The translations under genes and the position numbers were made by a program. Shown here one piece after another: positions 10,020 to 19,377 of a DNA stretch of 64,000 nt. The notes beneath the pieces were generated by a model. The model ran no database searches. It was not told the origin of the DNA and saw only the letters and a program-made list of their open reading frames with translations. The stretch lies in assembly GCA_964458555.1 (NCBI GenBank), contig CAYWJH010000002.1:25021-89020 (forward strand), given 5' to 3'. The DNA comes from an uncultured Spirochaetaceae bacterium. Its GTDB lineage: Bacteria; Spirochaetota; Spirochaetia; DSM-27196; SLST01. Within the stretch, counting starts at the first letter, position 1; each line of letters begins with the position of its first letter.

Positions 10020-10762
10020 TCCATCACGTCGGTGCCGGCGGCGACGGGGTCCTTGAAGACCTCGGCGAGGTCGATCGTGCCCTCGTAGATTGCCTTGCCT
10101 ACGATGACCCCCACGACGTTCGACCGCGCCGCCGAGCGTACTTTCTCCAGATCGTCCATCGAGCCGATGCCGCCGCTGAGGATCACCGGCAGCCCGGAGG
10201 CGTCGGCCATCGCGTTGGTGCGGTCGACGTCGGGGCCTCCCATGGTCCCGTCGCGGTCGATGCTCGTGTAGACGATGCCGGTCACGCGGGCCTCCTTCGC
10301 GCGGGCGGCGAGATCGGTATCCTGGTACTGCGTCTCTTTCTCCCAGCCGGAGATGCGGACAGTGCCCTCGAGCGCGTCGATCCCCACGAGGAAGACGTCT
10401 CCGTAGTGGGCCACCCAGCCGGCGACGTTCTCGGGCCGGCGCGCGAAGGCGGTACCAACGACGAGCCGGTCGATGCCCAGGTCGAGCAATTCCTCAATGT
10501 CCTCGTCGCGCCGGATCCCACCGCCGAGCTGGATCGTCGCGTCGACGGCACGCCGAATCTTGCGGATCTTCTTGCGGTTCGCCCGGCTGTCGCCGCGCGC
10601 GGCGTCGAGGTCGACGACGTGGATGCGCCGCGCACCGGCGTCGGCGAACTTCCGAGCCATCACGACGGGGTCCTTCTCGTAGACGGTAGCCTCCTGGTAA
10701 TCGCCGCGGACGAGGCGGACGCACTCGCCGCCCAGGATGTCGATTGCAGGTATGATGGTCAT
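10013..10762 (-). CDS. hisA: HisA, ProFAR isomerase
   Basis: MTIIPAIDILGGECVRLVRGDY...HVVDLDAARG...IQLGGGIR...SGGIGSMDDL. GGGAGGG SD lies upstream. Confidence 0.9.
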   Translation of the reverse strand: MTIIPAIDILGGECVRLVRGDYQEATVYEKDPVVMARKFADAGARRIHVVDLDAARGDSRANRKKIRKIRRAVDATIQLGGGIRRDEDIEELLDLGIDRLVVGTAFARRPENVAGWVAHYGDVFLVGIDALEGTVRISGWEKETQYQDTDLAARAKEARVTGIVYTSIDRDGTMGGPDVDRTNAMADASGLPVILSGGIGSMDDLEKVRSAARSNVVGVIVGKAIYEGTIDLAEVFKDPVAAGTDVMEW

Positions 10763-10813
10763 GGCGCCCTCCCACCGATGTCCCTGGAATATACGAAAAA
10801 CGCCGGGACGCTG

Positions 10814-12334
10814 CTACGCGCCTTCGGCGAGATGCCGATGGAACGCGGCCACGTACGCCTCGAGCCCGGGGATCTCCACGGCGGACACCCTCTCCACGTC
10901 GAGCTCGAACCGGTCGGCGAGGTCAACGGGCCGCTTCGATTCGAGCGCCGCCCACCCGAGCAGCGCCGCGCCGAACGAGGTCGCCTCCGGCATGCCGCTG
11001 AGACGGAACGTCGCATTCGGCGCGAGCGTGGCGAGCAGCGCGTTGTAGTCGCGGTTGGTGCGGAAGCCCCCCTCGGTGTAGACGGTCACCCCGGGGACCA
11101 GCCCCACGCGCTCGAGCGCGGTGATCGTCTGGATCGCGAGCGAGAGGTTGAGAACGGCGAACGCCCGACGGGTGTTCGAGAAGAGCTCGGGCGCCGCCGA
11201 GCCGTCGCGCACGGACTCGAAGGGGGAGATCTCGCCGTGGTCGACGATACGAGCCTGCGAGTCGGGGAACTGGCCGGTCCCGCGCACGACCGCCGGCAGG
11301 ATGAACTCCTCGGCGTCGGCGACGACGCCCTGGTAGACGCGAAGGTCGAAGTCGGGGAACCCTTGCATACCGAAGCGCTGCTGCAGGACGGAGGTGTACA
11401 TCTCGAACTCCTGCCCGCCCATGAGGATCGATGTCTTCACCGGCTGGCGCAGCGCAGAGATGTTGTAGAAGACCGCCTTGCCTATCTCGTCCTCGGCGAA
11501 GGCGACGCGCTCCTCCGGGTGCATCGCGACGCACCAGGTCCCCGTCGAGTTCACGATGAAGTCCTCGTCGGGACGCTTGATGAGGTACGGCAGCAGCGAC
11601 GAGTTCGAGTCGTGTACGCCCAGCGTCACCTTCGTCTCGGGCGAGAGCCCGGTGCGCCCGGCCACCGCCGGATCGAGCCGGCCCAGTACCGCCCCGGGGT
11701 CGTCGATCGACTCGGGAAGGAGACCGCGGACGTCCAGCGCGTCGGCGACCGACGAGTAGTCCATCCGCTCGAAGTCCAAGAGGTAGGTGTGGCAGCCGAC
11801 GTAGGTAAAATCGGCCCCGCTCCGTCCGGTGAGCCGGTACGCGAGAAACTGCGGGTAGAACAGGACGTGGCCGACGCGCTTCCACGCCTCGGGCATCGAG
11901 CGCTGGAAGAAGAAAAGCGCCTTCGCGGCGTTCAGCAACGCGGGGAACTTCGGCGTGGCGGTCGCCCGCTGGAGATCGTCGGGCGACCCGCACCGCTCGT
12001 AGAAGGCCTCCTGGAAGGAATCGTCGGGCTCGTGCGTATAGTCGACGATGGGGATCGCGAGATCGCCGTCCTCACCCACGCACGCGATCGTCGCCCCGTG
12101 CGTCGCGATCGAGATGAGCCCGATCGCGTAGCGCGAGCCGAGCTGCGACAGCGTATCGAGCAGCCACTCCTCCACCGCTTCCGACGGGACCCACGGGATC
12201 CCGTCGCGCTCGACCGAATCGAAGGTCTTGCTGCGCGAATCGACGAGATCGAGCGCATCGTCGTAGACGTGCACCTTCTTGTTCGTCTTGCCTATGTCGA
12301 TGACCGCTACGTAGGTCGTCTGCGTTCCGCTCAT
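10814..12334 (-). CDS. FGGY-family carbohydrate kinase (substrate unknown)
   Basis: 506 aa: VAVIDIGKTNKKVHVYD...ISIATHGATIACV...NSTGTWCVAMH...TEGGFRTNRDYNALLA. Starts directly after the aldolase-like gene. Confidence 0.8.
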   Translation of the reverse strand: MSGTQTTYVAVIDIGKTNKKVHVYDDALDLVDSRSKTFDSVERDGIPWVPSEAVEEWLLDTLSQLGSRYAIGLISIATHGATIACVGEDGDLAIPIVDYTHEPDDSFQEAFYERCGSPDDLQRATATPKFPALLNAAKALFFFQRSMPEAWKRVGHVLFYPQFLAYRLTGRSGADFTYVGCHTYLLDFERMDYSSVADALDVRGLLPESIDDPGAVLGRLDPAVAGRTGLSPETKVTLGVHDSNSSLLPYLIKRPDEDFIVNSTGTWCVAMHPEERVAFAEDEIGKAVFYNISALRQPVKTSILMGGQEFEMYTSVLQQRFGMQGFPDFDLRVYQGVVADAEEFILPAVVRGTGQFPDSQARIVDHGEISPFESVRDGSAAPELFSNTRRAFAVLNLSLAIQTITALERVGLVPGVTVYTEGGFRTNRDYNALLATLAPNATFRLSGMPEATSFGAALLGWAALESKRPVDLADRFELDVERVSAVEIPGLEAYVAAFHRHLAEGA

Positions 12335-13459
12335 CTATGCCCCTCCGCTGATCGTCTTCCGGTAGCGCTCGACCTCCCAGCTCTCGATGAACCGGACGAG
12401 ATGCTCGTCGAGCGGTCGCGCGCCGCCGAAGGATTCGGCGTAGGCGGCGATGGCGAGCTCGTCGGTGAACAGCGCCATGGCGGTGGCGGCGGCCTTCGGG
12501 GTCTCGGCCACGGCGAACGCTCCGAGTCCCTCGACGGCGAAGATCCGCGGCTCTGAGCCGTGCTCGCTCGTGTACGAGGTGATCTGCGAACGCAGGCCGG
12601 CGGCCGCGTTGGCGGGCGTACCCGGCAGGTAGATAGGCGCCGATCCGGCGTAGACGATGTGGTCGGGCGTGAAGGCGCCGGCGAGCGGCTCGAACGCCTC
12701 GCGAGACTCGACCCGGCGCGCGAGCTCGGCGTTGGCGGCGAACTCGACCGCGACCTCGCCGTGCCAGGCCGTCTCGATCGCGGCGAGCCACCGGTCGCGC
12801 GCCGCCTCGTCGGCGTCGACCGCGGAGGGGTCGGGCTCGCGAACGAGTGCGCCTCGTATCGTGCGCTCGACGTCGCGGTGGAGCGCGCGGATCTCCTCGG
12901 CGCTCTCGCCGGTGACGACGAGGCCGTGGTTCTGCAGCATCACGAGGCGCGGAAACTCGCCCTGCGCCTCCGCGTAACGCGTCGCAAGCCGTCGCATTTC
13001 GAGCGCGAGGATGTACCCGGGCTCGATCGCCGGAACCCAGAGCAGTCGCTCGCCGAAGAGCCGGCGCGCGGCAGCCTCGCCGTCCTGCGCGCAGGTCAGG
13101 CCGTTCACGAGCGAGGGATGCGTGTGAATGACGTAGGGATACGGGAACAGATCGTGCATGAGCGTTTCCACGCTCGGTCGCTTCTCCTCGCCCTCCTCGC
13201 GCGCGGCCATGAGGTCGGCGAGCGTCGCCGCCTCGCGCTCGGCGGGGTCCTGGGGATACGACGCCTCCCACGTCTTCGCGAGCTCGGCGCGCCGCATGCG
13301 CGCAAAGCCCTCCGGCCCGATCGACCCGAGCGGAAAGCCGCTCGCCTTGATGGAGAGCGTCGAATCGTCTTTGTACGACGTGTTTCCGCCCCCGGCGAGC
13401 ACCCACCGCGGGTCCGATCCGTACTCCCGCGACAATTCGACAAGTTGCTCAAGACTCAT
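12335..13459 (-). CDS. class II aldolase/adducin-domain protein
   Basis: Start at M28 of ORF 12335..13540 (MSLEQLVELS, GGAGGT SD upstream). AGGGNTSYKD...IKASGFPLG...VIHTHPSLVNGLTC resembles the aldolase half of bifunctional aldolase/SDR proteins. Confidence 0.8.
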   Translation of the reverse strand: MSLEQLVELSREYGSDPRWVLAGGGNTSYKDDSTLSIKASGFPLGSIGPEGFARMRRAELAKTWEASYPQDPAEREAATLADLMAAREEGEEKRPSVETLMHDLFPYPYVIHTHPSLVNGLTCAQDGEAAARRLFGERLLWVPAIEPGYILALEMRRLATRYAEAQGEFPRLVMLQNHGLVVTGESAEEIRALHRDVERTIRGALVREPDPSAVDADEAARDRWLAAIETAWHGEVAVEFAANAELARRVESREAFEPLAGAFTPDHIVYAGSAPIYLPGTPANAAAGLRSQITSYTSEHGSEPRIFAVEGLGAFAVAETPKAAATAMALFTDELAIAAYAESFGGARPLDEHLVRFIESWEVERYRKTISGGA

Positions 13460-14558
13460 AGTTACCTCCGTCGTCGAGCGCGTACTTGAGGCGCTCGCTC
13501 GCGCAGAACGGTACCACACCCTCGCAGACATCGGGAACAACCCACGGGGAGTCGACGAGCCGGATGGCCGCGTCGTTCAGCGGAAGCCGATAAAACTCCG
13601 CGCCGTAACGCGAGACGAAGGACTCCAGGCTGGGCCGATGGGAGCGTGCACGCTCGCCGCTCGCTCCGCCCGCTGCCGCCGCACGAGGGTCCGCGGACCC
13701 CGCCGCGGCCTCGGTCAGCGGCACACCCGCGTTCTCGAAGATCTCCGCGAGCAGGGGAATAGCCACAGGAGCGGTGTAGACGCCGGCGCAGCCGCAGGCG
13801 GCCTCCTTCGCCTCGCGAGGATGGGGAGCGCTGTCGGATCCGAAGAAAACGCGCGGGTCGCCGGAGAAGACCGCGTCGCGGATGGCCTGGCGGTCGCGCT
13901 CGCGCTTTGCGATCGGTTTGCAGAAATGGTGCGGACGCAGCTCGTCGCCCACCACGTCGTCGAGCGTCAGGAGGAGATGGTGCACCGTGACCGTCGCCGC
14001 GACCGTCTCCGGAAGCGAGGCGAGCATCTCGATCGCGGCCGCGGAGCTCACGTGCTCGACGACGACGCGCAACTGAGGAAACCGCGACGCGATCCGCTCG
14101 ATGTGCGGCAGATACGCCTCCTCGCGCTCGAGCGAGAAGACACCGGGCTCTTCGGCGTGGACCTCGAGCACGAGGTCTCGTTCCTCCATCGCCTCGAAGA
14201 CGGGGTAGAGCGGCTCGACCGCGCTCACGCCGTCGGCGGAGTTGGTCGTGACGCCCTGCGGATAGAGCTTCCCGCCGATCGCGCCGGCTTCGGTGAGCGC
14301 GGCGACCTCGCGCGGATCGAGCGAGGGCACGACCTTGAAGGTCATCAGCGGCTCGAGGCTGCGGCCCGGCGGCACCTCCGCGAGGATCTCCTCGCGGTAC
14401 CGGCGCAGCGCGTCCGGGGTGGTGACCGGCGGCACGATATTGGGCATGACGAGCGCGCGGGCGCACCATCGGCTCGTCTCGCGAACGACCGGCGCGAGCG
14501 CGGGGGCCTGTCTGAGGTGAACGTGAAAGTCGTCGGGGGCACGAAAGCTTACTGCCAT
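13449..14558 (-). CDS. pyrC: dihydroorotase (class II, E. coli PyrC-like)
   Basis: APDDFHVHLRQ...ALVMPNIVPPVTT...GGKLYPQGVTTNS...FFGSDSAPHPREAKE. Carries an Ala/Gly-rich insert near the C-terminus. Confidence 0.9.
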   Translation of the reverse strand: MAVSFRAPDDFHVHLRQAPALAPVVRETSRWCARALVMPNIVPPVTTPDALRRYREEILAEVPPGRSLEPLMTFKVVPSLDPREVAALTEAGAIGGKLYPQGVTTNSADGVSAVEPLYPVFEAMEERDLVLEVHAEEPGVFSLEREEAYLPHIERIASRFPQLRVVVEHVSSAAAIEMLASLPETVAATVTVHHLLLTLDDVVGDELRPHHFCKPIAKRERDRQAIRDAVFSGDPRVFFGSDSAPHPREAKEAACGCAGVYTAPVAIPLLAEIFENAGVPLTEAAAGSADPRAAAAGGASGERARSHRPSLESFVSRYGAEFYRLPLNDAAIRLVDSPWVVPDVCEGVVPFCASERLKYALDDGGNYES

Positions 14559-14588
14559 GCGCGTAGTCTACCGCGACCGGGGCTTCGG

Positions 14589-14617
14589 TAGACAGCACCC
14601 GGGGGCCTCGCTATCTT
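14589..14617 (+). promoter_or_regulatory. sigma-70-like promoter TAGACA-N17-TATCTT, 8 nt upstream of ATG 14626
   Basis: tagaca(14589-14594), 17-nt spacer, tatctt(14612-14617), aggcgtgc, ATG. Confidence 0.3.
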
Positions 14618-14625
14618 AGGCGTGC

Positions 14626-15714
14626 ATGGACGTCCTCGCCGAGCTCCGCGCCTCCACGCAGTGGTACTACTCCTCGTTCTCGGCGCTCGACCAGTACTTT
14701 GGTCGTGACGAGCAGCGGGTGCTCTGCGTTACGGTGGAAGGCGACATCATCACGCTCGCCAAGGCGGTGCCCGGGCTCGAGTTCCCCGGGGTTCCGCACG
14801 CCGACGCGGCTGTCTGGGACGATGGGCGGCGGATCTATTTCCGCTGCATCGAGCCGGAAACAAAGCCCCGCGCGCAGGCGTTCCGGCCGCTCAACCTGCT
14901 CTACGATCCGGCCCGCGAGCGCTACCTCGACCCGTACGACGACTACCGGGCGCTGCGCAGCGAGGAGCTCGAGCGGACCGACGAGCCGATCGATCCGGCG
15001 CACCGAATCATGGACGCGGCGATCGCGATCTCGCGTTATGCATATCGCCTCGCCGAACCGCTCGAGCCGCTCTCCCGGTTCCCCGAGCTGGCACCCGAGA
15101 CGCTTCGATCGCTACTCACGCAGGTTTTCACCGGCCCGTTCCCGCAGGAGGGGCTGCGGCTCCTCGACGAGCACGGCTTCATCGACACCTATCTGCCCGA
15201 GCTCACGGCGATGAAGGGCACCTCGCACTCGAAAGAGCACCATCCCGAAGGCGACGTCTGGAACCACTCGCTCGAGACCTTCCGTTACCGCCGTTCGCAC
15301 GACCTCGCGCTCACGCTGGGGCTGCTCCTCCACGACGCAGGGAAGCCCCTCGCGGTCCCCCGCGGAGGACGAAAGTTCGACGGACACGCAGAGATCGGAG
15401 CGAAGCTCGCGGCCAGGCTCCTGCGTCGGCTCGACTTCGCCGAAGAGCTCGTGGAGGACGTGTTCTGGCTCGTGTCGAAGCACATGTTCCCGGGGGCGCT
15501 CCACCTGCTGCCGACGTTCCGCACCGAGCGCCTCATGGCCGACGAGCGCTTCCCGGTACTCCTCGAGCTCTATCGCTGCGACCTCGAATCGACCTACCGT
15601 GGGCCCGACGGGTACTATCGCGCCTGCAAGATCTATCGCGACTTCATCAAGCACAGCGCGAATCCGTACCGGAGCGCCGACGGGAAGAAGCTCGTGCGTC
15701 TCTACGTGGACTGA
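14626..15714 (+). CDS. HD-domain protein resembling the C-terminal half of CCA-adding enzyme / poly(A) polymerase family
   Basis: GTSHSKEHHPEGDVWNHSLETFRY...TLGLLLHDAGKP. The N-terminal ~190 aa lack an obvious GGxVRD nucleotidyltransferase motif. Confidence 0.75.
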   Translation: MDVLAELRASTQWYYSSFSALDQYFGRDEQRVLCVTVEGDIITLAKAVPGLEFPGVPHADAAVWDDGRRIYFRCIEPETKPRAQAFRPLNLLYDPARERYLDPYDDYRALRSEELERTDEPIDPAHRIMDAAIAISRYAYRLAEPLEPLSRFPELAPETLRSLLTQVFTGPFPQEGLRLLDEHGFIDTYLPELTAMKGTSHSKEHHPEGDVWNHSLETFRYRRSHDLALTLGLLLHDAGKPLAVPRGGRKFDGHAEIGAKLAARLLRRLDFAEELVEDVFWLVSKHMFPGALHLLPTFRTERLMADERFPVLLELYRCDLESTYRGPDGYYRACKIYRDFIKHSANPYRSADGKKLVRLYVD

Positions 15715-15775
15715 GCGCGCCGACGCCGCCTGGTCCGGCCTCGCCGCGGCGGTCCGTGACGCTGCGGTCGCGCGG

Positions 15776-16552
15776 CTACCGCTCGGCGGTCGTCCGCATC
15801 CCGATCTCGTACAGACCGCGCAACGTCAGCCACGGCTCCACACGCGAGACCTTCGTGCACCGGCCGGCGATGAGCCCCGCCTCGCCGCCGGTGGCGAGCA
15901 CGAGCGGCTCCGCCGGCGCGAGCTCGGCGGCGATCCCGGTGACCATCGCATCCACGAGACCCGCGTACCCGTTCACGACGCCCGAGCGCAGCGAGGCCAC
16001 CGTATTCGTGCCGATGTAGCGCTCCGGCGGCTCGAGGTCCACCATCGGCAGCGCGGCGGTGTGAGAGATCAGCCCGTTGACACCGGTCGTCACGCCCGGC
16101 GCGATGGCGACGCCCCGGACGCGCGCGTCGGCGTCGACAGCGGTGAACGTCAGCGCGGTCCCGAAGTCGACGACGATCGACGCGCCGCCCGCGATCGCGA
16201 ACCCGCCGGCGGCGTTGGCGATCAGGTCACCGCCCACTTCGGCAGGATCGTCGGTGCGGATTGAAACCGGCAGGTCGAGGCTCGCGCTCACCACGACCGG
16301 CTCGATACCGAGCAGCCGCGCCACCCCGTCGTGGACCGCGGTCGTGAGCGCGGGAACCACGCTCGAGATCACCGCCGCGCGGACCGAGGAGGCGTCCACG
16401 TCGTCGAAGGCGAAGAGCTCGCGAAGATGCAGCAGCACCTCGTCGGGGGTGCGCTGCGTCCGGCTCGCGAGTCGCCAGTGATGGACGAGCTCGCGGTCGC
16501 GCACGAGGCCGACCGCGATGTTGGTGTTGCCGGCGTCGATGGTGAGGATCAT
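15776..16552 (-). CDS. coaX: type III pantothenate kinase
   Basis: Start at M13 of ORF 15776..16588: MILTIDAGNTNIAVGLV...VVDFGTALTFT...GTNTVASLRSG. ATGA overlap with the thrC stop. Confidence 0.9.
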   Translation of the reverse strand: MILTIDAGNTNIAVGLVRDRELVHHWRLASRTQRTPDEVLLHLRELFAFDDVDASSVRAAVISSVVPALTTAVHDGVARLLGIEPVVVSASLDLPVSIRTDDPAEVGGDLIANAAGGFAIAGGASIVVDFGTALTFTAVDADARVRGVAIAPGVTTGVNGLISHTAALPMVDLEPPERYIGTNTVASLRSGVVNGYAGLVDAMVTGIAAELAPAEPLVLATGGEAGLIAGRCTKVSRVEPWLTLRGLYEIGMRTTAER

Positions 16553-17877
16553 CGGTCCGTTCCGTCGGCGAAGCGCTCGAGGAGCCACGGACGCAGCGCG
16601 TCCAGCGAGGCTTCCATGTTCGACGCGCGCTTCTCGCGCCGCATCGCCTCCGCGAGGCGCTCGGGCAGCGCCGGGCGCGCGCCGGTCGCGCGCTCCACGA
16701 CCTCGCCGAACTTGGCCGGATGCGCGGTGGCGAGCGTGATGACGCTCGCGTCCGACGCGCCCTCGCCGTCGAGGTAGCGCTCTGCGGCGCAGACGCCGGC
16801 TGCGGTGTGCGGGTCGAGGAACACGCCGTGCTCCCGGTGGTGGCGGCGCATCGTATCGAGCATCTCCTCGTCGGTGACCGTCTCGCCGCCCACCATCGCG
16901 CGCATGTCCTGGTAGTCGGCGCCGAAGATCTCGAGCAACCGCTCGAAATTGCTGGGGTTACCCACGTCCATCGCGTTCGCGAGCGTACGCATGCTCGGCC
17001 GCGCACGGTAGATCCCGCTCGCGAGGTACTCGGGCACGACGTCGTTGATGTTCGTCGCCGCGATGAACCCGGAGACGGGCAGCCCCCACCGCCACGCGAG
17101 GATCCCCGCGGTGAGGTTGCCGAAGTTCCCGCTTGGCACGCAGAAGACGACGTCGCTCGCGATCCGCGACCGGAGCCTGATGAACGCGTCGATGTAGTAG
17201 AACGCCTGCGGAATGAGGCGGCCCAGGTTGATCGAGTTGGCCGACGTCAGGTGCGCCCGCTGCGCGAGCTCGCGGTCGGTGAAGGCCTCCTTCACCATGC
17301 GCTGGCAGTCGTCGAAGGAGCCGGTGACCTCGAGCGCGTGAATGTTGTCGCCGACCGTCGTCAGCTGCTGCTCCTGCAGCGGGCTCACGCGCCCGGAGGG
17401 ATAGAGGATCACGACGTCAATGCCGGGACGGTTGTGAAAGGCGCGCGCCACCGCGCTGCCGGTATCGCCGGAGGTCGCGGTGAGAATGACGGCACGGTGA
17501 TCGGCGCCGGCGAGCAGGTGCTCCATCGACGCCGCGAGGAAGCTCGCCCCGAAGTCCTTGAAGGCGCACGAGGGGCCGTGGAAGAGCTCGAGCAGCAGGA
17601 TCTGGTCGGTGAGCGAGACGAGACGCGGCTCGAACGGGAAGGCGCGGCGACAGACCTCGCTCGCCGCCTCCGCGTCGAAGGTTTCGGGCAGCAGCTCGTG
17701 GACGAGCTCCGCGGTAATCTCGACGAACGGACGGTCGGCGGGGCTGCGCAGGATGATCTCGCGCAAGCGGGGCTCGGAGACGGGATGGTAGAGACCGCCG
17801 TCGGGGGCGAGCCCGGTGAAGATCGCCTCGCGGAAGTCCACGACGCGGCTGCGGTCGCGGGTCGAGTAGAAGTTCAT
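16549..17877 (-). CDS. thrC: threonine synthase
   Basis: MNFYSTRDRSRVVDFREAIFTGLAPDGGLYHP...HGPSCAFKDFGA...TSGDTGSAVA. Confidence 0.95.
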   Translation of the reverse strand: MNFYSTRDRSRVVDFREAIFTGLAPDGGLYHPVSEPRLREIILRSPADRPFVEITAELVHELLPETFDAEAASEVCRRAFPFEPRLVSLTDQILLLELFHGPSCAFKDFGASFLAASMEHLLAGADHRAVILTATSGDTGSAVARAFHNRPGIDVVILYPSGRVSPLQEQQLTTVGDNIHALEVTGSFDDCQRMVKEAFTDRELAQRAHLTSANSINLGRLIPQAFYYIDAFIRLRSRIASDVVFCVPSGNFGNLTAGILAWRWGLPVSGFIAATNINDVVPEYLASGIYRARPSMRTLANAMDVGNPSNFERLLEIFGADYQDMRAMVGGETVTDEEMLDTMRRHHREHGVFLDPHTAAGVCAAERYLDGEGASDASVITLATAHPAKFGEVVERATGARPALPERLAEAMRREKRASNMEASLDALRPWLLERFADGTDR

Positions 17878-19292
17878 CGCGCGCTCCTGCCGGCCCGGCT
17901 CTGATCGCCCCCGGGCCGGTCACCCGCGAAGAAGGCACGGTGCACGACCTTGAGCGTCTGCTCGCGGTCTCGACCATGGACGACAAAGGATATATTCATC
18001 TCCGAGGATCCCTGCGCGATCGCGAGCACGTTGATCGCCGCTTCGCCGAGCGCCTGAAACAGCCAGCCGGAGATGCCCGGTTTGCCGCGCATGTTCTCGC
18101 CGATCACCGCGACGATCTCCAGGTCTCGCTCGACGGCGACCCGCTGGATGACCTTACGGTGGAGCTCCTGGACGAGCTCGGTCTCGAGCGCCCGTTTCGC
18201 GCGTGGCGCATCGGCATCCGGGATAACGAAACAGATGCTGTGCTCAGAAGACGCCTGCGAAATCATGACGATGTTGATCTTCGCCGCGGCGAGCGTGGAG
18301 AAAATGCGCCCGGCGATTCCCGGAAGCCCGACCATGCCGCCGCCCTCGATGTTGAGCAGCGCGACGTTCTCGATGGACGCGATGCCGGTGATGTATTCGG
18401 CCTGCGAGCTCGTATGCGCGGCGATCTGCGTGCCTGCCGCGTCCGGGTTGAGCGTGTTCTTGATCCACAGCGGGATCCCCTTCTCGACCGCAGGGACCAT
18501 CGTGTACGGGTGAATGACCTTCGCGCCGAAGTACGAGAGCTCCATCGCCTCCTGGTAACTGATCTCAGGGAGCACGAAGGCGCCCGGTACGAACCGGGGG
18601 TCGGCGCTGTAGACGCCGTCGACGTCGGTCCAGATCTCGATCGCGCTCGCCTCGGTGCCGGCGCCGACGATGGAAGCGGTGTAGTCGCTGCCGTTGCGCC
18701 CGAGCGTCGTGGTGACGCCCGTCTCGGTGGCCGCGATGAATCCGGTAACGACGGGCAGGTCCTCACCGTCAAGGTTGGCGCGGATGAGCTCGTAGCTGCG
18801 CGCGAAGTCCACCGTCGCGCTGCCGTGGTTGTCGTCGGTGCGGATGATCTCACGCGCATCCACGTACCGCGAAGGCAGGCCGCGCGCCGCCATAGCCGCG
18901 GCCACGATGACGCAGTTCAGCCGCTCGCCGTAGCCGACGATGAGGTCCTGGGTGCGCGCGGTGCACTCGCGGACGAGTCTGACGCCGTGCAGCAGCTCGC
19001 CCACCTCCTCGCAGAGCTGCTCGACCTGCGCGACGAGCGCGACGTCGTCGGGGCAGAGCGTGCGGGCGCTTGTGACGTGGCGCTCGCGCACCGTCTCCAT
19101 GCGCTCGACGTATCCGTCGTAGCCCGCCGCAGCCTCGCCGGCGGCGTCGAGCAGCAGGTCGGTGACGCCCCTCATCGCCGAGAAGACGGCGCATACGCGT
19201 TCGTCGTGCTCGGCGTGTTCGATGGCGTCTATGACGCGGGAGATACGCTCGGGATCGGCGACCGAGCTCCCGCCGAATTTCATTATCTTCAT
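17874..19292 (-). CDS. lysC: aspartate kinase (monofunctional, with C-terminal ACT domains)
   Basis: Start at M186 of ORF 17874..19847: MKIMKFGGSSVADPERI...VFSAMRGVTDLL...TTLGRNGSDYTA...IWTDVDGVYSADPR. ATGA overlap with the thrC start. Confidence 0.9.
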   Translation of the reverse strand: MKIMKFGGSSVADPERISRVIDAIEHAEHDERVCAVFSAMRGVTDLLLDAAGEAAAGYDGYVERMETVRERHVTSARTLCPDDVALVAQVEQLCEEVGELLHGVRLVRECTARTQDLIVGYGERLNCVIVAAAMAARGLPSRYVDAREIIRTDDNHGSATVDFARSYELIRANLDGEDLPVVTGFIAATETGVTTTLGRNGSDYTASIVGAGTEASAIEIWTDVDGVYSADPRFVPGAFVLPEISYQEAMELSYFGAKVIHPYTMVPAVEKGIPLWIKNTLNPDAAGTQIAAHTSSQAEYITGIASIENVALLNIEGGGMVGLPGIAGRIFSTLAAAKINIVMISQASSEHSICFVIPDADAPRAKRALETELVQELHRKVIQRVAVERDLEIVAVIGENMRGKPGISGWLFQALGEAAINVLAIAQGSSEMNISFVVHGRDREQTLKVVHRAFFAGDRPGGDQSRAGRSAR

Positions 19293-19377
19293 CGCAGGAC
19301 TCCGGGGGCGGATTTCATGAGAAATTCGTGACGACGTGGAAGTCGTCGCCGGTTCAGAGTATGATGAAGGTCGCCTG

